Program-made: the position numbers and the translations under genes | Shown: positions 7,668-14,346 of the stretch, in pieces | Numbering within the stretch: position 1 is the stretch's first letter | Layout: the number at the start of each line of letters is the position of its first letter | DNA from: a virus | IMG/VR virus record: IMGVR_UViG_3300048917_000111 | Coordinates: 1-41,081 of that record | Reading direction: 5' to 3' (one strand) | Length of the DNA stretch: 41,081 nt | Notes under the pieces: generated by a model | What the model was told of the DNA's origin: nothing | The model's input: the letters and a program-made list of their open reading frames with translations, nothing else | The model's database searches: none

Positions 7668-7668
7668 C

Positions 7669-8844
7669 TTAGCCCTCCCAGCCCTGGTCTCGCAAGACCT
7701 GTGCGAGGTTCGGCTTGAAGTAGTTCGGACCCTTCTTCACGCGGCCTTCGAAGATGCCGTCGGGGTCGTTGGGTCCGGCGATGATGGGCTGACCATCCGC
7801 ACCAAGCTTGGACATGTTGCTGGCCTGGACCTCGATGTACCCAGGACCAGCCTGCATGCCCGCGCGGTTGAGAGCGCCGAACACGACATACAGGATGTCG
7901 ATGAGGGCATCGTAGATCTCCACGACGTTCGGCACGTGGGACTGGATCAGGTGTCCGATCTTGCCATCCTGCGTGAAGATGACACGAGCACCCAGTGCAG
8001 GGATCAGCTCGTCGATGAACTCCTCACGGATGAGCTCAATAACGACAGGCACGTCCGACTGAGGGATGGCCTGGGGAGAACCAGCGCTGGGAATCTGCAT
8101 CGCGTTGTGGAACGCCTTGTTCTGGTCCTGCATCATGTTGACTCCACGCAGGTACTCGTGGAAGAGCGGGTCCATCATGGGGTTCTCGGTGAAGAAGGTC
8201 CTCAGGTCGTCCAGGAGCTTCTCTCCGATCTGCCGTGCCCCGGTGCTATCGAACTCACCAGCGGCTCCGAGGTTCTCCCAGCAGGTGCTCGCAGCACCGA
8301 GCGCCTCGAACACGATGCGGCTCAGCTCGCCCACATACTCGTCCTCGTCGAAGAAGGTGCTCATGGACATGGTCTCTGCGATCTGAGCAGCGGCCTTCTC
8401 CTCCTGGTCCAACTCTGCTGCTGCCTGGGTCCCGGCCACATACAACTGGACCGCCTCCCACTGCGACTGAGTGAAGCGCTGGCCTCCCAGGTCGACGTGA
8501 TAGCCATCTCCGAAGGGGTTGACCGAGTGGTTCATGTGAAGCTCGGGCACCAGCGGGTCGGCCGTCTGGATGAGTCGGGCCAGCAGGTAGGCACGGTCGT
8601 CAGTTCCACCGACGGTCTCGTACTCCTCCGTGAACTCAGACTCAGTCAGGACGATGAAGCCATCCGGCGTCTTGACGATGTAGTTGCCCGGGATGGCGGT
8701 CTCCGAGCCGATGACGATCCAGGAGCCATCGTTGACGGCAGGCACAACGGTGCCGTTGCACCAGCGGGCGATGTCACGGATGTTCTCGAGGTCGAAGCGC
8801 TGAGCCTCGACAGTCCGGTACTTGGTGTGGTAGGTAGTCATCAT
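7669..8844 (-). CDS. Protein with C-terminal MazG-type all-alpha NTP pyrophosphohydrolase domain and about 260-aa N-terminal region of unknown function
   Basis: C-terminal motifs FHNAMQIP, LIREEFIDEL, EIYDALIDILYVVFG, VQASNMSKLG and KKGPNYFKPNL match the phage MazG-like family pattern. RBS GAGGAG. Confidence 0.75.
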   Translation of the reverse strand: MMTTYHTKYRTVEAQRFDLENIRDIARWCNGTVVPAVNDGSWIVIGSETAIPGNYIVKTPDGFIVLTESEFTEEYETVGGTDDRAYLLARLIQTADPLVPELHMNHSVNPFGDGYHVDLGGQRFTQSQWEAVQLYVAGTQAAAELDQEEKAAAQIAETMSMSTFFDEDEYVGELSRIVFEALGAASTCWENLGAAGEFDSTGARQIGEKLLDDLRTFFTENPMMDPLFHEYLRGVNMMQDQNKAFHNAMQIPSAGSPQAIPQSDVPVVIELIREEFIDELIPALGARVIFTQDGKIGHLIQSHVPNVVEIYDALIDILYVVFGALNRAGMQAGPGYIEVQASNMSKLGADGQPIIAGPNDPDGIFEGRVKKGPNYFKPNLAQVLRDQGWEG

Positions 8845-8851
8845 GTTCTCC

Positions 8852-8995
8852 TCAGTAGAGTCTCATGCCTCGGTGATCGAGGCTCTTGTTCAGCATGACA
8901 TGGAATAGCCATGCCTGCCACTTGTGGCGGAAGCGGATCGGTGTGATGAAGTGCCCCTCCTCGTACAGATTGACCGTAGGGTCGATGGGCTTCAT
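8852..8995 (-). CDS. Hypothetical small protein (47 aa)
   Basis: ATG 8995 overlaps the upstream TGA (ATGA). RBS GGAAGGGGA. Sequence is MKPIDPTVNLYEEGHFITPIRFRHKWQAWLFHVMLNKSLDHRGMRLY. Confidence 0.5.
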   Translation of the reverse strand: MKPIDPTVNLYEEGHFITPIRFRHKWQAWLFHVMLNKSLDHRGMRLY

Positions 8996-9537
8996 TGGGG
9001 ATTCCCCTTCCGTTCGCGGCGGACGAACCGCTGCTCTTTCTCGAATGCTTCGGTGATGCGGTCGATCTCGTCCCAATTGACCAGCCGTGGGTCCTTGGGA
9101 TCTTCACAGGAGAATGGACTGAGGACCACACTCAGTGCCTCTGCGAAGCCACGTGCCTCCTCCTTCAGGTAGGCCTTCTGCTTCGGGTCTTCCTCATCCT
9201 CGGCCATGCTGGCCAGCTCGTTGTACGCGTTGTACAGCTTGCGTGTGATCTGCGCACCGACGACGTCGCCAGCCTTGAGGACACTGTTGAAGCGTACCCT
9301 CTTGTCCGCGATGTGCTGGAACGCGCTGGTCGTGAGAAAGTGAGCGATCTCGTCGCTCGTCTCATGACCAGCATCCAGGGCTGCCTCGATGCCTTCAGCG
9401 ATCACGTCGATGGTGGTAACCTTACCATCGCGCATGGCCTCACGGTCATCGATTACGGCGAAGATGATGCCCTGGCCGGAGAAGACTGTCTCCGTCGTCG
9501 GTGCTGTCTGTGGTGGCTTGCGCTTCCGCGTTGCCAT
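8992..9537 (-). CDS. Hypothetical protein (181 aa from ATG 9537)
   Basis: Strong RBS AAGGAGA before MATRKRKPP. The frame stays open upstream to GTG 9723, so an N-terminal extension covering 9538..9723 cannot be excluded. Confidence 0.6.
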   Translation of the reverse strand: MATRKRKPPQTAPTTETVFSGQGIIFAVIDDREAMRDGKVTTIDVIAEGIEAALDAGHETSDEIAHFLTTSAFQHIADKRVRFNSVLKAGDVVGAQITRKLYNAYNELASMAEDEEDPKQKAYLKEEARGFAEALSVVLSPFSCEDPKDPRLVNWDEIDRITEAFEKEQRFVRRERKGNPQ

Positions 9538-9700
9538 GTTTGTCTCCTTGTAGTTCAGGATGGCTTGCCCCTCGTCGCGATAGCGAAGGAGCTCAGCCGC
9601 TGCCTCATTGCGTGTGGCCCTGCTGACTCGTCGGTTCTTCGAGAGAGCGTAGAGCACTCCGACCTTGAACAGATGGTCGAACGCTGGCTGCTGCCGTACG

Positions 9701-10288
9701 TCAGCTCTCGTGGTGTGCTTCACGGAGCCAGTCCAGCAGGTCGGAATCGCTGGTGACCAGACGCTCCATGAGGTCACGCGTGGAGACCGTGCGTCCAGGG
9801 CTGTCGTGAGCCACCAGCTTCTGGGAGAACTCGCCGTGCTGCTCGAAGTTCGAGACCTCCATGACGCTGATGGACTTGAACAGGTTGTAATCCTGAGCGC
9901 GGTTCATGGCCAGCAGGAAGCTCGCCCAGTTCCGGTACGCCTGGTTGACCGGGACGATGCGTCCCTTGCCCTCGTACAGCTCGTCGTCGATACCCTGAGC
10001 GGCCTTCCACTCGTGCACCTTGATAACCAGATGCACGTCCGGCGCGGAGAACACTGTGCGGATGCGGGCGTCGTTCCACTCGTGCTCAGGCATGGCCAGA
10101 CGGTAGACTGTGTGGGTCAGCCAGTCGATGCGGTCGAACGTACCGACCAGGGTCTCGTCCTGAACCTCGCGCTGCTTGGCACGGTAGTTCGTGTCGGTCA
10201 TGTTGTACTGAGGCTGGTGGTGCCAGTCCAGTGCAGTGGCGGACGTGCTCTTTCCGGTCTTGTCCGGCCCTTCGAATGCGATGAGCAT
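9701..10288 (-). CDS. P-loop nucleotide kinase, thymidylate/dNMP-kinase-like
   Basis: N-terminal MLIAFEGPDKTGKST matches the Tmk-type P-loop context (IxFEGxDxxGKST). 195 aa. Confidence 0.65.
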   Translation of the reverse strand: MLIAFEGPDKTGKSTSATALDWHHQPQYNMTDTNYRAKQREVQDETLVGTFDRIDWLTHTVYRLAMPEHEWNDARIRTVFSAPDVHLVIKVHEWKAAQGIDDELYEGKGRIVPVNQAYRNWASFLLAMNRAQDYNLFKSISVMEVSNFEQHGEFSQKLVAHDSPGRTVSTRDLMERLVTSDSDLLDWLREAHHES

Positions 10289-10289
10289 C

Positions 10290-11225
10290 TTAGATCTCCT
10301 TGATCAGCTCGGTCAGTGGGTACTTGACCGGCACACGACCGGTCGCCTTGTAGAACCTGCTCCAGTTTACCCCGATACGCATGACTCCGCCAAGCGGATT
10401 GCGCATACTGACTCGGAGGTACTGGTGCATGTCCGGGTAGAACTCCTCGGTCGTCTCCAGATGTGGCCTGCCGACCTCGTCCGTCACGTCCAGGGGGATG
10501 GTGGTCTCGATCGTACCCTGCTGATCGTAGGCCACACCAGGCAGGGTGAACGTCAGCTGTCCACGCTCCATGGTGTCGAGGAACATCGCGAGGTCTTCCC
10601 CGTGATACTGGTACGGCTTGGGCATGTCTCTCATCTGGAACCGGTCCACGTCGAAGAACATGACGCACGCAGGGAAGGAGCCGCTCGTGAGCGTGACCCC
10701 CACCGAAACGTCCGTGTCGCCGCTGAAGAGAGCGTTACGTGCTGCCCCGTAGCTGGCCTCAGGGTAGATGGTGAATACCTCGTCAGCCATCCTGCAGGCG
10801 ACGGCGAGCGACCTCAGCAGCAGCGTCGGCTCCTCGATGCCCGACACACGTGCCGAGTACCGTCGAGCGTGTGTCTTGCCATTGTCCTTCTCGACTGCCT
10901 CCAGGAGGCTGACGTGCCAGATGTCGTCGTCGAGCACCACGATCTTCTCGTAGCCGCGCTCCTCAGCGTCTCTCAGGCAGGCCATGCGCGCCGGTCCGAT
11001 GCCTGGTGTGGCCTCCTCCACGATCTCCGCCCACGGATACGCCTGGGTGTATGCGACGACCTCTTCCGGCCGTACAACGATGTGCACCTTCACCTGAACG
11101 GACCAGGGTGCGTCCCAGAGCATGTTCAGGAGCGGAGCGCTGCCTGCCCTCTTGTGACTGGGGATGTAGATCGGGTAGAGCCACGACACCTTGGAGCGTC
11201 GCAGCAGGCGGATGTGTTCATTCAT
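10290..11225 (-). CDS. GT-A fold glycosyltransferase-like protein
   Basis: PIYIPSHKRAG (GT2-like first strand/loop), EKIVVLDDD (DxD motif), later HGEDLAMF. I set the start at ATG 11225 (MNEHIRLL). The upstream part of the tracked ORF has poor composition and is occupied by a separate small ORF. Confidence 0.6.
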   Translation of the reverse strand: MNEHIRLLRRSKVSWLYPIYIPSHKRAGSAPLLNMLWDAPWSVQVKVHIVVRPEEVVAYTQAYPWAEIVEEATPGIGPARMACLRDAEERGYEKIVVLDDDIWHVSLLEAVEKDNGKTHARRYSARVSGIEEPTLLLRSLAVACRMADEVFTIYPEASYGAARNALFSGDTDVSVGVTLTSGSFPACVMFFDVDRFQMRDMPKPYQYHGEDLAMFLDTMERGQLTFTLPGVAYDQQGTIETTIPLDVTDEVGRPHLETTEEFYPDMHQYLRVSMRNPLGGVMRIGVNWSRFYKATGRVPVKYPLTELIKEI

Positions 11226-11397
11226 GGTATTGCAGTCCGTCCCATTCGAAGTCGTGCGGGTATCCGGCCACCACCGAGTAGTGACCCAGCAGCGGCGTCC
11301 CGTGGACAGCGATCTTGAAGCATCGGGCAGTACCGTCTTCAAGCTCCATCTGATGTCCATGGTACGGTCCACCGTGGAGGGTCACTACTCGTGACAT
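11218..11397 (-). CDS. Hypothetical small protein (59 aa), not in ORF track
   Basis: Hand translation: MSRVVTLHGGPYHGHQMELEDGTARCFKIAVHGTPLLGHYSVVAGYPHDFEWDGLQYHE. Its end overlaps the glycosyltransferase-like start (ATGAATGA). Confidence 0.5.
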   Translation of the reverse strand: MSRVVTLHGGPYHGHQMELEDGTARCFKIAVHGTPLLGHYSVVAGYPHDFEWDGLQYHE

Positions 11398-11403
11398 GAT
11401 GAC

Positions 11404-11562
11404 CTACTTGTCTTCAGGCTTCTTCAGGATAGCCTGTACTGCTCGCCAGAGCCCTACCAGGATGGCGAATGCGAGGATGAGGATGCCTGCGATGCCCAGG
11501 ACGGCGAAGACACCGAACAGCACCCAGGTCAGGAGAGTCCAGAGAAGGTCCCAGGGGTTCAT
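11404..11562 (-). CDS. Small hydrophobic membrane protein (52 aa), not in ORF track
   Basis: Hand translation: MNPWDLLWTLLTWVLFGVFAVLGIAGILILAFAILVGLWRAVQAILKKPEDK. ATG overlaps the TGA of the ThyA-like gene (ATGA). Confidence 0.55.
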   Translation of the reverse strand: MNPWDLLWTLLTWVLFGVFAVLGIAGILILAFAILVGLWRAVQAILKKPEDK

Positions 11563-12359
11563 GCGAGGTGATCCCTGCCGTCGGAACCCATGATGACATT
11601 GCTGGATTCGTCGTGCCTCTTGATGCCCATGCGCTCCGAGAAGCTCCAGACGCGTCGAGCGATGCGTTCCTCGGTGTCTGCTGCCGTGTCGGCCAGGAGC
11701 TGGAAGTGGCGCGGGTAGACGTGGAGGTTGGCCACCTGGAAGCTGATGTCACCGTGCTTGATGCCAGGGTACACCATCTCCAACGAGCCGATGAGCCACG
11801 ACTGCAGGTAGTCCCACATGGAGTAGTCGGCCCGGTATCCCCAAACCGCGTCCATGGACCTCATCTGAGCGATGATGTGCAGTCGCATGTCGGTGTCGAC
11901 CATGACGTTGAGCGCGTTCGTGCAGATGAAGTCCTTGCGACCCATGTAGGTCGCCAGCGTGTGGATGTCGCGGTCGCTGATGATGGCCACTGCGTGACGG
12001 CTCCCGAGACCCTCGTTGATGAGCGTATGCACGATGCGGTCAGCCAGGGTGGGAGGAGGCGGAAGCAGCTCGTCGCGGCCGAACAGGATGTGGCCGTAGG
12101 CGCTGTTCACCTTCCCATCGATGCCAGCACACTGCTGGAACGCCTGAGGCACCGGACCCTCCATGTCGGCCAGGCTGTTCGAGCCGTTGGCGAACCAGTC
12201 CAGCTCCCGCCGAACCCAGTCCTCGTTCCGCTTGCCGATCATCGAGTTCTGGTCAGCCAGCCAGTCCACCGAGTACAGGACCTTGTTCCCGGTCCGCTCG
12301 TCGATGGGAGCGTCGTGCAGTGCCAGCACCACATCGTCGATCCGGTTCTTCTTCAGCAT
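11559..12359 (-). CDS. Thymidylate-synthase-fold enzyme, candidate deoxypyrimidylate (dCMP/dUMP) hydroxymethylase
   Basis: ThyA-family landmarks RRELDWFANGSN, NSAYGH, SRHAVAII, Cys in FICTNAL, QMRSMDAVWGYRAD, NLHVYPRH. It is strongly diverged from canonical ThyA. Start at ATG 12359 with RBS AAGGAGG. Confidence 0.7.
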   Translation of the reverse strand: MLKKNRIDDVVLALHDAPIDERTGNKVLYSVDWLADQNSMIGKRNEDWVRRELDWFANGSNSLADMEGPVPQAFQQCAGIDGKVNSAYGHILFGRDELLPPPPTLADRIVHTLINEGLGSRHAVAIISDRDIHTLATYMGRKDFICTNALNVMVDTDMRLHIIAQMRSMDAVWGYRADYSMWDYLQSWLIGSLEMVYPGIKHGDISFQVANLHVYPRHFQLLADTAADTEERIARRVWSFSERMGIKRHDESSNVIMGSDGRDHLA

Positions 12360-12407
12360 GTTGTCCTCCTTGGACAGATGGGCCAGTGGGGCACTGGCGC
12401 TGGTGTT

Positions 12408-12436
12408 AGTATAGCGCATGTAGATCGTTCCCACAA
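12408..12436 (-). promoter_or_regulatory. Promoter: TTGTGG-N17-TATACT (modification/replication operon)
   Basis: Reverse complement reads TTGTGG gaacgatctacatgcgc TATACT, directly downstream of hairpin 12444..12480. Confidence 0.5.
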
Positions 12437-12443
12437 GGGTGGG

Positions 12444-12480
12444 TCTCCCCGGCCTGGTGCGCTAGGCCAGGCCGGGGAGA
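12444..12480 (-). terminator. Strong 14-bp stem-loop terminator
   Basis: TCTCCCCGGCCTGG (12444-12457) pairs with CCAGGCCGGGGAGA (12467-12480). Confidence 0.7.
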
Positions 12481-12487
12481 GAACGGG

Positions 12488-12685
12488 TCAGGGGAGCTCG
12501 ATGTAGGAGCCCTCGCCAGCCACTCCGGAGGCGTTCGGCTCGACGTAGAGCGTCTGGCCTCCGAAGTCCTGGTAGGAGCCGTCCGCCTCGATCCAGTCGA
12601 AGGTGGTACCGTCGACCTGGATGAAGGAAGGCGTCTCGGCGTCGAGAAGGTGGGAGTAGACCGGGGTTCCGAAGTTGATGTCCAT
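12488..12685 (-). CDS. Hypothetical protein (65 aa), leaderless
   Basis: ATG 12685 lies exactly 6 nt downstream of the -10 TAAAAT, with no SD. Confidence 0.65.
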   Translation of the reverse strand: MDINFGTPVYSHLLDAETPSFIQVDGTTFDWIEADGSYQDFGGQTLYVEPNASGVAGEGSYIELP

Positions 12686-12691
12686 ACTAGA

Positions 12692-12720
12692 ATTTTAGCA
12701 TGGAATCCGGATCAGCGCAA
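12692..12720 (-). promoter_or_regulatory. Promoter: TTGCGC-N17-TAAAAT (leaderless)
   Basis: Reverse complement reads TTGCGC tgatccggattccatgc TAAAAT tctagt ATG. The -35 overlaps the last codons of the upstream ORF. Confidence 0.65.
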
Positions 12721-12879
12721 CTCCTGCTCGATATTCGTGATGGCTGCCCGGACCTTCCGCTGTTCGGCCCGAAGGCCAGCCGCGTAGTCACCCTTCGCGT
12801 ACGCGGCTGCGATCTGAGTGTGCAGAGCCTGGTCTCGACCTCGCAGCAAGGACAGCTGGAGGCTCTTCATAAGGCTCAT
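12712..12879 (-). CDS. Hypothetical small protein (55 aa), not in ORF track
   Basis: Hand translation: MSLMKSLQLSLLRGRDQALHTQIAAAYAKGDYAAGLRAEQRKVRAAITNIEQELR. ATGA overlap with the upstream gene. Confidence 0.5.
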   Translation of the reverse strand: MSLMKSLQLSLLRGRDQALHTQIAAAYAKGDYAAGLRAEQRKVRAAITNIEQELR

Positions 12880-13142
12880 CCCTGTGCGTCCTGGAGGTAC
12901 TGCTCAATCGCGTCCATGTCCAGGTCCTCGAGGTCGCTGATAGCGTATTCGAGGTTCCCGATGGCCTCTTCTGCCGCGATGCCGCGCTCGCTGCCCTGGA
13001 GGCTCTCGGGCATGTAGTCGAAGTACTCCTGCTCCTCGTCGCGGATGCTCTCGATGGCTTCCTTGATCTCGTCGCGCAGGACAGTGATCTCGCTCAGGCG
13101 GTCGACGATCTCGGCGATCTGCTTGCGTCGTGCATTGTTCAT
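12876..13142 (-). CDS. Hypothetical helical protein (88 aa), member of a three-gene paralog set (MNxxRRK...)
   Basis: Start at ATG 13142 after ACAGGAGCACACC. Sequence begins MNNARRKQIAEIVDRLSEI...DEEQEYFDYMPESLQGSERG. Confidence 0.65.
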   Translation of the reverse strand: MNNARRKQIAEIVDRLSEITVLRDEIKEAIESIRDEEQEYFDYMPESLQGSERGIAAEEAIGNLEYAISDLEDLDMDAIEQYLQDAQG

Positions 13143-13164
13143 GGTGTGCTCCTGTGGGATAGGT

Positions 13165-13186
13165 GGGGAGGCCCGGAGGCCTCCCC
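13165..13186 (-). terminator. Stem-loop (9 bp) between genes
   Basis: GGGGAGGCC-cgga-GGCCTCCCC. Confidence 0.5.
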
Positions 13187-13192
13187 TGGTGG

Positions 13193-13414
13193 TCACTCGA
13201 AGAAGATGTTGGTCCGGCCGTTACGAGTGGCGAAGGTGATGATGCTGTCGACCTCGTCCTCCTCGCGGCTCTGGTAGAGACCCAGCTCGCTGACGTTGCA
13301 GTCCTCCATGACAGCGCGCTGTGCGTTCCGCAGCAGGGTGACCGCGTTGGTGGCGTCGACACCATCCTGCTCAACGAGCTGGGCGACCAGTGCTTCTGTG
13401 ATGCTGAGGTTCAT
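13193..13414 (-). CDS. Hypothetical protein (73 aa)
   Basis: RBS AAGGAGCACATC plus ATG, with a promoter upstream. Confidence 0.65.
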   Translation of the reverse strand: MNLSITEALVAQLVEQDGVDATNAVTLLRNAQRAVMEDCNVSELGLYQSREEDEVDSIITFATRNGRTNIFFE

Positions 13415-13459
13415 GATGTGCTCCTTGTGTGATGTGGCCCGGAGGCCCCGGTAGAATCC

Positions 13460-13488
13460 ATTTTAGCACGGACCCTACCGGGGCGCAA
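13460..13488 (-). promoter_or_regulatory. Promoter: TTGCGC-N17-TAAAAT
   Basis: Reverse complement reads TTGCGC cccggtagggtccgtgc TAAAAT. Confidence 0.6.
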
Positions 13489-13493
13489 ACTTT

Positions 13494-13655
13494 CTACCGG
13501 TGGCACTTCCGGCAGAGAATCTGCGGGATGGGTGCGGCCTGGTAGGCACGGCTCCAGCGGCTGGTGTCGAGGCCACACTGCGTCGTGGTGCCGTCGTTGG
13601 TTAGGATGTGCTGGAGGCTGGGACGACCGCTAGCGGTCCGGGCGATGATGTACAA
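13494..13655 (-). CDS. Hypothetical small Cys-containing protein (53 aa, TTG start), not in ORF track as such
   Basis: TCAGGGAGCACACC-TTG matches the conserved SD module of neighbouring genes. Sequence is MYIIARTASGRPSLQHILTNDGTTTQCGLDTSRWSRAYQAAPIPQILCRKCHR. Confidence 0.45.
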   Translation of the reverse strand: MYIIARTASGRPSLQHILTNDGTTTQCGLDTSRWSRAYQAAPIPQILCRKCHR

Positions 13656-13676
13656 GGTGTGCTCCCTGAGGGTTGT

Positions 13677-13698
13677 GGAGGAGGCCGAAGCCTCCTCC
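13677..13698 (-). terminator. Stem-loop (9 bp)
   Basis: GGAGGAGGC-cgaa-GCCTCCTCC, directly after the stop at 13706. Confidence 0.5.
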
Positions 13699-13705
13699 TG
13701 GTGGG

Positions 13706-13891
13706 TTAGGCGAAGAAGCCGAGGCGCTGCTCGATGTGAGCAATGACCCCGCCAGGCTGGTAGTCTGCGTCCAGCTCCTTCTGGATGAGCTCTCGGGCCT
13801 CCTCCATGCTGCCTGCCTTGACGTCGATCTCCTCGATGGTGTCGGGGAAGCCAGCGGTGGAGAAGCGGATGAAACCGGTGTAAGTGCTCAT
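13706..13891 (-). CDS. Hypothetical protein (61 aa), leaderless
   Basis: ATG 13891 lies exactly 6 nt downstream of the -10 TAAAAT. Confidence 0.65.
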   Translation of the reverse strand: MSTYTGFIRFSTAGFPDTIEEIDVKAGSMEEARELIQKELDADYQPGGVIAHIEQRLGFFA

Positions 13892-13897
13892 AACTTG

Positions 13898-13926
13898 ATT
13901 TTAGCCTATACCCTCGAGAATCGCAA
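13898..13926 (-). promoter_or_regulatory. Promoter: TTGCGA-N17-TAAAAT (leaderless)
   Basis: Reverse complement reads TTGCGA ttctcgagggtataggc TAAAAT caagtt ATG. Confidence 0.65.
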
Positions 13927-13927
13927 A

Positions 13928-14158
13928 CTACTGTCGATGTTCTCGGATGAATTGCTGCCAGGCTAGCCAATACGCCTGGATGGCCTGGTAGGCAGTCTCG
14001 GTGCGGATGCCCATGCGGTCCCTGACAGGGTGCAGAGGCACGTCCTCCCCGGTGTACCAGTACTGCTGATGGAGCCACTTGCGGACCCTGGCCATCTGGC
14101 TACGGGGCAGGCGGATCACCAGGTACTCGACAGGGTCGTCGGTAGGTGTGCGGGTCAT
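13928..14158 (-). CDS. Hypothetical protein (76 aa)
   Basis: ATG 14158 (MTRTPTDDPVEY) overlaps the upstream TGA (ATGA). The upstream part of the tracked ORF is Arg/His-rich and looks out of frame. Confidence 0.6.
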   Translation of the reverse strand: MTRTPTDDPVEYLVIRLPRSQMARVRKWLHQQYWYTGEDVPLHPVRDRMGIRTETAYQAIQAYWLAWQQFIREHRQ

Positions 14159-14346
14159 GACTCCTCCAGGGTGGTGATGACGGTGACGCAGCCATCGTCT
14201 CTGCGAGCGTCGATGTATCCCTCGCGAGGCTGAGGGTTGCTGCGGAAGGTGTTCGGGATGGGCACCCTGGGAGTCGGCCACTCGTGGTCGATGAAGAACT
14301 CTCCCAGGGTGGCGTCCCACCCGATGTTGCTAGGCACCGATGCCAC
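14155..14346 (-). CDS. Hypothetical protein (about 60 aa, GTG start)
   Basis: GTG at 14346 or 14337, overlapping the end of the upstream gene. Confidence 0.55.
   Translation of the reverse strand: MASVPSNIGWDATLGEFFIDHEWPTPRVPIPNTFRSNPQPREGYIDARRDDGCVTVITTLEES

Noticed and set aside
9538-9723. A separate small gene in the 160-nt gap between the kinase-like gene and ATG 9537.
   Set aside because: The only open frame is the same frame as 8992..9537, and its only start is a GTG at 9723 with no RBS. I cannot tell an N-terminal extension from an untranslated spacer by sequence alone.
10290-11372. The full-length 360-aa version of the glycosyltransferase-like ORF (GTG 11372).
   Set aside because: The first 49 codons are Arg/Trp/Thr-rich and look out of frame. 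The same DNA encodes a well-formed 59-aa ORF in another frame (11218..11397). ATG 11225 is overlap-coupled to it.
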